In this document: positions 42,879 through 51,168 of the stretch, in pieces
Numbering within the stretch: the stretch's first letter is position 1
Layout of the letters: each line of letters begins with the position of its first letter
Notes under the pieces: model-generated
What the model was told of the DNA's origin: nothing
The model's input: only the letters and a program-made list of their open reading frames with translations
Database searches by the model: none
Translations under genes and position numbers: made by a program
DNA from: an uncultured Gammaproteobacteria bacterium
Lineage (GTDB): Bacteria; Patescibacteriota; Patescibacteriia; Magasanikbacterales; GWA2-37-8
Length of the DNA stretch: 64,000 nucleotides
NCBI GenBank assembly: GCA_964634875.1
Contig: CAZWKA010000004.1
Coordinates: forward strand, 15,640 to 79,639
Direction of reading: 5' to 3'

Positions 42879-43936
42879 GCCGATCGATTAAGATTGTACT
42901 CGAGAAGTTCGTACAGCATCTTTTTCTGACCCGCCGCCCCATCGTAAGCAGCAACTACTTTTTTTACCGCCGTAATTCGATATGACAAGATTTTGGCTAT
43001 CTTTTTTTGTATGCCGTACTTCATAATCAACTCACGCACCAGCGCCACTTCATTTTGTGTCATTGAAGTATTGCCAAAAATACCTTCCAACTTTTTTCGC
43101 TCAGCAGCGCTCGACTGTTTAAATAAAAAGTAATAGTAGAGTGTTTTTTTGCCTTCACGAATATCTGACCCTACGGGTTTTCCGATCTTTTGTTCGTCCC
43201 CAAACATGCCAAGCTCGTCATCTTTAATCTGGAAAATAATACCAAGGTGTTCACCAAATTTTTCTAGCAACCGCACACTACCGGACGGCTGACCCGCCGC
43301 CAAACCACCCAGCATGAGCGGGAGTGAAAATGTGTAGCGGGCTGTTTTATAACAATACAACCGGAGTATATCTGCCTGCGAAGGCATAGTACTCACTGCC
43401 CCAGAGTACACATCCTGCATTTGGGCAAAACCAACTTTTATAATTTCTTGTGAAAAAATACCAACGATCTCTTGAAGTGCTGGTGTTTTCGTTTGCGGAA
43501 GCGATGATAAAAGATTAAAACTTAAAAAAATAGCCACATCGCCAACGCATATACCGAGCGACTCACCGACATGCCCAGCATTATGACCTGCATGCTTTCT
43601 GGTAAGTATTTCGTACTGTTTATAGAGGGTCGACTCACCGCGCCGAAGCTCATCTAAATCCATAATATCATCGTGAACTATAAGCGCTGTGTGGACAATT
43701 TCTATTGCCGCTGCCAGGCGAAGACATGCTTCGTCAGGTCGTTTTCCGGCAAGTTGATACGCCAAAAACACCATACCACCCCGCACCATCTTGCCTTTTA
43801 TAATCGTAGCATAGAGCCGCCGCAAAGCGTCTTTTGACCAACGGTTTACCGGACGATATATTTTTATCTGTTCGTCAAAAAAATCTTTTAAAAACGGCCG
43901 GAGTTTATTGCTCGCCTCGGCATAGAAAGAATTCAT
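42875..43936 (-). CDS. crtE: Polyprenyl (geranylgeranyl) diphosphate synthase
   Basis: GKMVRG, HDDIMD, KTARY, FQIKDD, DIREGKKT; ATGA overlap with crtB. Confidence 0.82.
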   Translation of the reverse strand: MNSFYAEASNKLRPFLKDFFDEQIKIYRPVNRWSKDALRRLYATIIKGKMVRGGMVFLAYQLAGKRPDEACLRLAAAIEIVHTALIVHDDIMDLDELRRGESTLYKQYEILTRKHAGHNAGHVGESLGICVGDVAIFLSFNLLSSLPQTKTPALQEIVGIFSQEIIKVGFAQMQDVYSGAVSTMPSQADILRLYCYKTARYTFSLPLMLGGLAAGQPSGSVRLLEKFGEHLGIIFQIKDDELGMFGDEQKIGKPVGSDIREGKKTLYYYFLFKQSSAAERKKLEGIFGNTSMTQNEVALVRELIMKYGIQKKIAKILSYRITAVKKVVAAYDGAAGQKKMLYELLEYNLNRSA

Positions 43937-44751
43937 AGTGCGTTCAAGAATAGCTGCCATATAATTTTTGTCTTGCTCGGTTTTACTTTCTTTCTAAAAA
44001 TAATAAACGGGTCGCGTTCAATGACATCAGCCGTAAAGCGGTACATATCAGCAGCGGTTTTAATCGGGAGCAAAAACCGTTTAGGGATAAAAGAAAAACC
44101 CGCTTCCCCTGCTGCTTGCCACGCCCGATAACGCTTCAGTTCCTGAGCAATAAGCGCTGCAAAGTCTGGTGCACGGCATTGTGCTGACTTTTCAGTTAGG
44201 TGTTCAAAACCAAACGGACGGAGTACTTCAAACGGTATATATTGTCTACCCAGCTGAATATCTTCGGCAATATCGCGAATAAAATTAATATATTGAAAGC
44301 CTCTACCGAGAAGCTGGGCGGTGCCATACGACTCAGCGGGCAAATTCATGAGCCGCGCCATTACCAGACCAATTACTTCCGCTGAACCATAGATATAATC
44401 ACCAAGTTCAGTGAACGTAGCATATGTTTTCTTCTCCGTGTCGCTTGTCATTGCCTGCAAAAATGAGTCTATCCATTCCCGGGGAATCGACCGGCGGTTC
44501 ACAAGATCAACAAAAGAATCGATAATTATGTTGCCAGATACCGTTCCTGCCAGGGCTGCAGCATACTGCTTTTTAAACAAAACAAAATCGCTGAGCTTAG
44601 CCGGCACGCTGTCAACCAAATCATCAGCCACCCGAACAAAGGCATAGAAAATAAAAACATCTTCACGAACAGCGCGAGGGAAAAACAGGCTGCTCGTAAA
44701 AAAGGTTTTACTCCCCTTCTTAAATGTTTGATAAATTTCCTGATCAACCAT
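43933..44751 (-). CDS. crtB: Phytoene synthase
   Basis: GSKTFF, YAFVRVADDLVD, NFIRDIAED. Confidence 0.88.
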   Translation of the reverse strand: MVDQEIYQTFKKGSKTFFTSSLFFPRAVREDVFIFYAFVRVADDLVDSVPAKLSDFVLFKKQYAAALAGTVSGNIIIDSFVDLVNRRSIPREWIDSFLQAMTSDTEKKTYATFTELGDYIYGSAEVIGLVMARLMNLPAESYGTAQLLGRGFQYINFIRDIAEDIQLGRQYIPFEVLRPFGFEHLTEKSAQCRAPDFAALIAQELKRYRAWQAAGEAGFSFIPKRFLLPIKTAADMYRFTADVIERDPFIIFRKKVKPSKTKIIWQLFLNAL

Positions 44752-46216
44752 ATTTTTTTTCAATAGCTTCAGCTACCAGCCCGGAAGCGATGAGGCACAT
44801 TGGCATACCGATACCAGGGTGCGTGTACTGCCCCGTATAATAGAGGTTAGTGACTTTTTTACTCTGGTGACGTGGACGGAAAACAGCTGTTTGCATGAGC
44901 GTGTGGCTGAGGCCAAGCGCCGTACCCTTGTAGGCATTAAACATGCCGGCAAAATCACGCTGACTGAAAATCTTTTGAACAACAGCGTCGTGTAGATTTT
45001 GGCCCAAAAGGGATTCCAAATGAACCAATACTTTTTCAGTATATTTTTCTCTTGTTTCATCCGTGTCTTCAAGGCCAGCCGCCACGGGAACTAAAATAAC
45101 CAGCGCTTCCCCTCCGGGCGGCACGATTGTCGGGTCAGTTTTTGATGCGCACGAAACATAATATGACGGATGTTCCGGCCATTCGGGGTGTTCAAAAATA
45201 GCGTCAAAATGTCGCACCCAATCGTTGTCAAAAAATAACGTGTGATGTTCTAAGCCGGCGATTTTTCTGTCATAGCCGAGGTACAGCATAAAAGCGGATG
45301 GCGCGAGCGTTCGCCTCTCCCAATATCTTTTAGAATACGTCTGATCGCCCTTAGCCAAAAGGGTGCTTTCGGTATGGTGGTAGTCAGCTCCGGAAATAAC
45401 AATATCCGCCTCAATCACTTTTCCGTTCACTACTACTCCCTTGGCTTGTGTATCACTAACAACAATTTTTTCAACCGGGCTGTTAAATTCGAACCGTGCT
45501 CCATAGGAACGAGCCAAATCTTCCAGGCCTCGTACCACAGCACCTATGCCACCGGTTGGATACCACACCCCCAAATTGAAATCAATATGAGACATGAGCG
45601 AATAAATCGCCGGCGTATTTTTGGGAGCTCCGCCTAAAAACACCATACTATATTCCAAAATTTTGCGCAGCTTATCACTCTTAAAGTAACGGCGCGTATA
45701 CGCATCAAGCGATTCAAATACATGGAGTTTCCTACCTTCCACAATCATGCGGCGATTAAAAAAATCCATGAGCGATGTATACTCTTTGTACAAAAAGTCT
45801 TTCATGGATACGTCGTATTGATACTTTGACTGCGCCAAGTAGCGTGTCAGTGCGGCAGCAGCGCCAGGTTCCAGAGCTTCAAAAACAGCCATGTTTTTTT
45901 CAAGATCGGCTGAAAGGTCCACAAAGTCGTTTTTGCCATGGAAAATCCGGTACGCCGGGTCAAGACGCTGCAGTTTAAAAAAATCAGTTGGCTTTTTACC
46001 GAACTCTGCAAAAAATTTTTCAAAAACATCAGGCATCAAATACCATGACGGACCCATGTCGAACGTAAACCCCTTTTCGCGATAGACGCTGGCTCGCCCG
46101 CCGGACTGATCGTTTTTTTCAAGCACCAGTACGTCAAACCCCTTGTGAGCCAAGAGGGCTGCAGCAGACAAACCGCCAAAACCAGCGCCAATGATAACAA
46201 CTTTCTTCTGCGACAT
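44744..46216 (-). CDS. crtI: Phytoene desaturase family
   Basis: GAGFGG, FDMGPSWYLMP, GQYTHPGIGMP. Confidence 0.9.
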   Translation of the reverse strand: MSQKKVVIIGAGFGGLSAAALLAHKGFDVLVLEKNDQSGGRASVYREKGFTFDMGPSWYLMPDVFEKFFAEFGKKPTDFFKLQRLDPAYRIFHGKNDFVDLSADLEKNMAVFEALEPGAAAALTRYLAQSKYQYDVSMKDFLYKEYTSLMDFFNRRMIVEGRKLHVFESLDAYTRRYFKSDKLRKILEYSMVFLGGAPKNTPAIYSLMSHIDFNLGVWYPTGGIGAVVRGLEDLARSYGARFEFNSPVEKIVVSDTQAKGVVVNGKVIEADIVISGADYHHTESTLLAKGDQTYSKRYWERRTLAPSAFMLYLGYDRKIAGLEHHTLFFDNDWVRHFDAIFEHPEWPEHPSYYVSCASKTDPTIVPPGGEALVILVPVAAGLEDTDETREKYTEKVLVHLESLLGQNLHDAVVQKIFSQRDFAGMFNAYKGTALGLSHTLMQTAVFRPRHQSKKVTNLYYTGQYTHPGIGMPMCLIASGLVAEAIEKKYG

Positions 46217-46392
46217 ACCTAAAAAATTTAAACTTTTATTGATAGTACTAGCTCTGCTTAACCGGACACTTTAACACTAAAAATTACAGCACTAGAGCGC
46301 GTGGATACGCCACGGACACAGTATACTTCTTAGCGCAATTATACACAACTGCCAGCTCGCTTTCATGTGAAATAAAATTATCCACCGCCTAA

Positions 46393-46476
46393 TTGCTGCT
46401 TTCAAAAATTTCTGATATAGTGTATAAAATACAATAAGTAGTGATAAAGACTATTCTTTGGTACTACATATAGAAA
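46393..46476 (+). promoter_or_regulatory. Promoter with tandem NrdR-box-like operators
   Basis: TTGCTG-17 (ending TGA)-TATAGT; 16-mers ATACAATAAGTAGTGA (46429-46444) and GTACTACATATAGAAA (46461-46476), 32 bp apart. Confidence 0.6.
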
Positions 46477-46490
46477 ATGGTTTCCAAAAT

Positions 46491-46700
46491 ATGACGACTA
46501 TTTGTCTTAAAGAATACCGTTGCCAGGAATGCAAAAAGTTATTATTTAAAGGCGCCCTCGTCGAAAGCGTGGTTGAAGTTCGCTGTAAGCAGTGCCATAG
46601 CATGAATACTGTAAAAAGCAGCGCGCTTAACGAGCTTCTTTGTGCAGTAGTACCCTGTCCCCACCGCATCACAGTTGAAACCGCAGTAGCTAAAAAATAA
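46491..46700 (+). CDS. Mu Com-family zinc-finger protein
   Basis: EYRCQECKKLLFKG..VEVRCKQCHSMN plus an extra CAVVPCPH tail; start placed at ATG 46491. Confidence 0.75.
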   Translation: MTTICLKEYRCQECKKLLFKGALVESVVEVRCKQCHSMNTVKSSALNELLCAVVPCPHRITVETAVAKK

Positions 46701-46727
46701 TTTTAATACTTTTCATTATTTTAACCT

Positions 46728-46763
46728 GAAGCTCTAGAAGCTCCTACCCAAGGGAGTTTTTTT
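46728..46763 (+). promoter_or_regulatory. Tandem GAAGCTC repeat overlapping a terminator-like hairpin
   Basis: GAAGCTC-TA-GAAGCTC; the second copy is the 5' arm of GAAGCTCCT-ACCCAA-GGGAGTTTT, followed by further Ts. Confidence 0.6.
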
Positions 46764-46772
46764 ATTTTTACT

Positions 46773-47864
46773 ATGCTTTATAAAAATTTTATCCGCCCAC
46801 TCCTTTTTAGACATGCTGATCCCGAAAGCATTCACGGTACCGCCCTTCACGTACTCAATACCGCGAGCAAATGTGCCCCAATAAACAAAATGGCAGCACG
46901 CCTGTTACAGGTACACGATAATCGTCTCCGAATATCACTAGGCCATCTTCGTCTTCCGAACCCTATTGGGCTCGCTGCCGGTTTTGACAAATACATTGAC
47001 GCACCGCTTGCGTACCCCATGCTGGGGTTTGGCTGGGCAGAGTTCGGCTCAATAACTTATTCCGCTCAAACAGGAAATCCAAAGCCGCGATTATGGAGGC
47101 TGCCTGAGGATAAAGGATTGATTGTGCACTATGGACTCGCCAATGATGGTGCCCAAAAAACCCTGGATAGATACAACAAAACACAACCACATACGATCCC
47201 TTGCGGAATCAGCATCGCCCCGACAAACGGACTTAGTGGCGCGGCAATGGCCGAAGACTACCTTAAAACTTTTCAAACAATAGAAAACAGTGCCGATTAC
47301 ATCACGCTTAATGTAAGCTGCCCTAATGTCGCGGGAGCAAGTATTTTTTCCCAGCTTTCATTTATAAAACTTTTACTAACCATTGTATCTGAGAGAAAAA
47401 AAATTATGGATATTCGAAAAGATATTTTTATTAAAATTGGTCCGCGAATGAGCGACGCAGATCTGGCAAAAATAGTTGAATATGCGATCGACGCAAAAAT
47501 AACCGGAATTATTGCTACAAACCTGCTTAAAGACCGTAACGATATTGCTTTTAGAAGCACACCAAGCGAACTCAATCACCCGGGGGGAATTTCAGGTAAG
47601 CATTTACAGACCATGAGCACCAGAACCATTCGCACACTTTACCAACTAGCCAAGGGAAAGATTCATATAGTGGGAGTAGGAGGTATTTTTACCGCTGAAG
47701 ATGCATACCACAAAATTAAGGCAGGGGCTACTGCAGTACAGCTTATTACCGGCTTTATTTATGGAGGGCCAACAGCGATACACGCCATTAATAAAGGTCT
47801 CTTAAGACTTTTGGTAAAGGACGGTTATAAAAATATTTCCGAAGCAGTCGGCGTAGAAGCTTAA
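46773..47864 (+). CDS. pyrD: Dihydroorotate dehydrogenase, class-2-like
   Basis: DPESIH, GLAAGFDK, GNPKPRLWRL, NVSCPN, GGISG, GVGGI. Confidence 0.9.
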   Translation: MLYKNFIRPLLFRHADPESIHGTALHVLNTASKCAPINKMAARLLQVHDNRLRISLGHLRLPNPIGLAAGFDKYIDAPLAYPMLGFGWAEFGSITYSAQTGNPKPRLWRLPEDKGLIVHYGLANDGAQKTLDRYNKTQPHTIPCGISIAPTNGLSGAAMAEDYLKTFQTIENSADYITLNVSCPNVAGASIFSQLSFIKLLLTIVSERKKIMDIRKDIFIKIGPRMSDADLAKIVEYAIDAKITGIIATNLLKDRNDIAFRSTPSELNHPGGISGKHLQTMSTRTIRTLYQLAKGKIHIVGVGGIFTAEDAYHKIKAGATAVQLITGFIYGGPTAIHAINKGLLRLLVKDGYKNISEAVGVEA

Positions 47865-47889
47865 ACTAGTATTTCTTATAGAAACATGT

Positions 47890-50007
47890 ATGCCAGTCTA
47901 CAAAATACAAAAAAGAAACGGCGCTATTGTTGATTTTAATCTTGACAAAATTGTCATCGCACTACAAAAAGCAGTGCTTGCCACTCAGCAGGTTCCTAAC
48001 GTTTCCATTTTGACATTAGCCACAACCGCACAAATAAAGCTCGAACAGCATTATAGCAGCACCATACCTTCGGTAGAAGCCGTGCAGGACATTATTGAAG
48101 AAACCCTGATTGAAGCAAACCTGTCTGCCGTTGCCAAGGCGTATATTTTATACCGGGCTAAACGTGGCACGGCGCGGAGTGAGAAAAATGTTGTTGTGGA
48201 AGTTGAAAAAACTATCGCTGAATACTTACATCGCCTGGACTGGCGTGTCAATGCCAATTCAAACCAAGGATACTCGTTGGGCGGCATGATTTTGAACACA
48301 GCCGGTAAAGTTACTGCGAACTTCTGGCTCTCTCACATTTATCCCGCCGAAGTTGGTGACGGCCATCGTAACGCAGACATGCACATACATGACTTAGACA
48401 TGTTTTCAGGCTACTGTGCGGGGTGGAGTTTGCGGGTTCTACTTGAAGAAGGATTTAATGGCGTACCGGACAAAATAGAATCGGGGCCACCAAAACATCT
48501 ATCCTCAGCCGTAGCCCAAATGGTTAATTTTCTGGGTACGCTTCAGAACGAATGGGCTGGCGCTCAGGCTTTTTCCAGTTTTGACACCTATCTCGCCCCA
48601 TTTGTAAAAAAATATGCGCTTGAACTAGAAAATGATATAGAAAAAGAACTAATAACTTTTCCTTCACTTGAAGCGAAAGAAAAATATATAGACCGGAAAG
48701 TATATGAATACGTTTACCAAAACATGCAGTCATTTGTTTTTAATCTCAATATTCCTTCACGGTGGGGTACACAAACACCGTTCACGAATATCACGCTCGA
48801 CTGGAATTGCCCGGAAGATTTAAAATCAAAACAGCTTATTCTCGATGGCAAGCCCTTTGCTTATACTTTTGGCGAACTTGAAAAGGAAATGAATAGTATT
48901 AACAAGGCCTTTATCGAGGTCATGACCGAGGGCGACAGCAAAGGTCGAGCCTTCACTTTTCCAATTCCAACCTACAATATTACTAAAGATTTTGACTGGG
49001 ATGACCCAAGAAACCTGCCATTGTTCGAAATGACTGCCAAATATGGCACACCATACTTTCAAAATTTTGTTAACTCGAGCCTTAACCCCGGCGACGTGCG
49101 CTCAATGTGTTGCCGATTACAGCTTGATATGAAGGAACTGCGTAAACGTGGTGGTGGATTATTTGGCTCCGCCGAAATGACCGGATCAATCGGAGTGGTC
49201 ACTATAAATAGCGCCCGCATTGGTTATCTGGCGCGTGGAGATGAAGAAAAATTTTTTTTACGTCTTGCTCACCTTATGGAGCTCGCAAAAACATCGCTGG
49301 AAATAAAACGCAAAGAAATTCAAAAATGGATTGCTGCAGGACTGTTTCCTTACACGAAACGTTACCTTGGCTATTTAAAAAATCATTTTTCCACCATTGG
49401 TATTAACGGTCTTAATGAAGCAATCCGCAATTTCACTGGTGACCAAGAAAATATCGCCACACCCTCGGGGCAGGAATTTGCATCTCGCGTTCTTGATAGT
49501 ATGCGCTCCAAACTTCAAGATTTTCAGGCGGAAACAAAAAATCTTTACAATCTTGAGGCTACCCCCGCCGAAGGTACGACGTACCGTTTCGCTAAGGAAG
49601 ACCAAAAACGTTTTCCGAATATTCTCCAAGCAGGCACGAAAGACGCACCCTACTATACCAATTCGTCACAACTTCCAGTTGGGTATACTGACGATGTGTT
49701 CGAAGCACTTACCCTTCAGGACAAGCTTCAAACTAAGTATACCGGAGGTACAGTTCTGCACTGTTATATGACTGAACGCATTTCAACCGCCTCTGCTTGC
49801 CGAAACTTGATCCGTAAAATTCTGACAAATTTCAAGCTTCCTTACATTACTATAACACCGACATTTTCTATATGCCCAAAGCACGGCTACTTACCCGGTG
49901 AATGGGATTGGTGCCCGACGTGCGACACGGCACTCGGTATTTACCAGGGAGAGCGACATGACGCTGAACGTATCGAAAAATATCTAAGTCCGACACCGGC
50001 GCAATAA
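47890..50007 (+). CDS. nrdD: Class III ribonucleotide reductase, large chain lacking the glycyl-radical loop
   Basis: ATP-cone (IQKRNG), HIHDL..YC, SMCCRL, EATPAE, CPKH..CPTC; no RVxGY. Confidence 0.92.
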   Translation: MPVYKIQKRNGAIVDFNLDKIVIALQKAVLATQQVPNVSILTLATTAQIKLEQHYSSTIPSVEAVQDIIEETLIEANLSAVAKAYILYRAKRGTARSEKNVVVEVEKTIAEYLHRLDWRVNANSNQGYSLGGMILNTAGKVTANFWLSHIYPAEVGDGHRNADMHIHDLDMFSGYCAGWSLRVLLEEGFNGVPDKIESGPPKHLSSAVAQMVNFLGTLQNEWAGAQAFSSFDTYLAPFVKKYALELENDIEKELITFPSLEAKEKYIDRKVYEYVYQNMQSFVFNLNIPSRWGTQTPFTNITLDWNCPEDLKSKQLILDGKPFAYTFGELEKEMNSINKAFIEVMTEGDSKGRAFTFPIPTYNITKDFDWDDPRNLPLFEMTAKYGTPYFQNFVNSSLNPGDVRSMCCRLQLDMKELRKRGGGLFGSAEMTGSIGVVTINSARIGYLARGDEEKFFLRLAHLMELAKTSLEIKRKEIQKWIAAGLFPYTKRYLGYLKNHFSTIGINGLNEAIRNFTGDQENIATPSGQEFASRVLDSMRSKLQDFQAETKNLYNLEATPAEGTTYRFAKEDQKRFPNILQAGTKDAPYYTNSSQLPVGYTDDVFEALTLQDKLQTKYTGGTVLHCYMTERISTASACRNLIRKILTNFKLPYITITPTFSICPKHGYLPGEWDWCPTCDTALGIYQGERHDAERIEKYLSPTPAQ

Positions 50008-50030
50008 TTATTTTTAATACTATAAAAAAT

Positions 50031-50213
50031 ATGGAAAATCAACAGTTAGCCGAACGCACACGGTGCGAGGTATGGACTAGAGTTATGGGGTACCACCGTC
50101 CGGTATCACACTTTAATACCGGCAAGAAGTCGGAACATTATTCACGCAAACATTTTGAAGAATGTGTGGCGGCCAACACTGAATTCACCGCTCAATATAC
50201 TCGCACCATTTAA
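50031..50213 (+). CDS. Stand-alone NrdD glycyl-radical domain
   Basis: RTRCEVWTRVMGYHRPV..FNTGKKSE. Confidence 0.85.
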   Translation: MENQQLAERTRCEVWTRVMGYHRPVSHFNTGKKSEHYSRKHFEECVAANTEFTAQYTRTI

Positions 50214-50225
50214 CGAATTAACGTT

Positions 50226-50933
50226 ATGCTAATCTCAGGCATTGAGCAATGCACACTTGTCGACTATCCCGAAAAGACTGCTTGTGTCATCTTTACTCCT
50301 GGCTGTAATTTTCGCTGCGGCTACTGCCATAACCCAGAATTTGTTTTACCAGAAAAAATTATCCAGTTGAAAAACAGTTTTATCCCTGAAACTGCTATTT
50401 TTAACTTTTTAAATAAACGCATCGGCTTATTAGATGGCGTCGTTATCAGCGGCGGAGAACCTACAACCATGCCGGATCTTATTCCTTTCATGGACACACT
50501 TAAATCGCTGGGATATCTGATAAAACTAGATACTAATGGCAATCGTCCAGAAGTGATTAAGCAAGCTGTTGATTTGGGTCTTGTAGACTATGTTGCTATG
50601 GATGTAAAAACGAGCCTGAGCGAGTACCCAGCGCTTGTCGGCCCAGGCATAAACCCTGTTGCTCTACAGGAAAGCATCGCCTTTCTTAAAACCGAGCGCG
50701 TTGACTACGAATTTCGCTCGACACTTGTCAAAGAAATTCATTCATCCCCCATTCTTAATGACATGGCTGATTTAATTTGCGGTGCTAAACAAGTTTTTTT
50801 ACAACAATTCCGAAATACTCTCACGCTCAAACCGGCGTTTAAAAACTTTACCGCATTTTCACAAAAGGAAATGAAAGCGATAGCCTCCATTTTCTTAAAA
50901 AAAGCGCAAAAAGTAACTATTCGCTTAGCTTAA
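50226..50933 (+). CDS. nrdG: Class III RNR activase (radical SAM)
   Basis: DYP, GCNFRCGYCHNP, SGGEP, KLDTNG. Confidence 0.92.
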   Translation: MLISGIEQCTLVDYPEKTACVIFTPGCNFRCGYCHNPEFVLPEKIIQLKNSFIPETAIFNFLNKRIGLLDGVVISGGEPTTMPDLIPFMDTLKSLGYLIKLDTNGNRPEVIKQAVDLGLVDYVAMDVKTSLSEYPALVGPGINPVALQESIAFLKTERVDYEFRSTLVKEIHSSPILNDMADLICGAKQVFLQQFRNTLTLKPAFKNFTAFSQKEMKAIASIFLKKAQKVTIRLA

Positions 50934-51168
50934 TTTACTACAGCCAGACTTAACCCCTCTCCGACCCCTGGTACGCACACCCGAAACATGAGCGACCCTT
51001 TGCAGAGCCGCAGCACGGGCAATGCAAGCTTTTTATTTATTTTGTTACAAAAAATAAATAAAAAGCTTGAACCGCAATGTGAACACTCTTGACAAAAAAC
51101 TTTACTTTACTTCGATTTTGCTTATACGATACCTTAAAGGTCGCTTTTTACTCTTAACTAATACGCTT

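Noticed and set aside
50941-51040. GC-richer intergenic stretch after nrdG as a possible ncRNA
   Set aside because: No convincing stems or family motif by eye.
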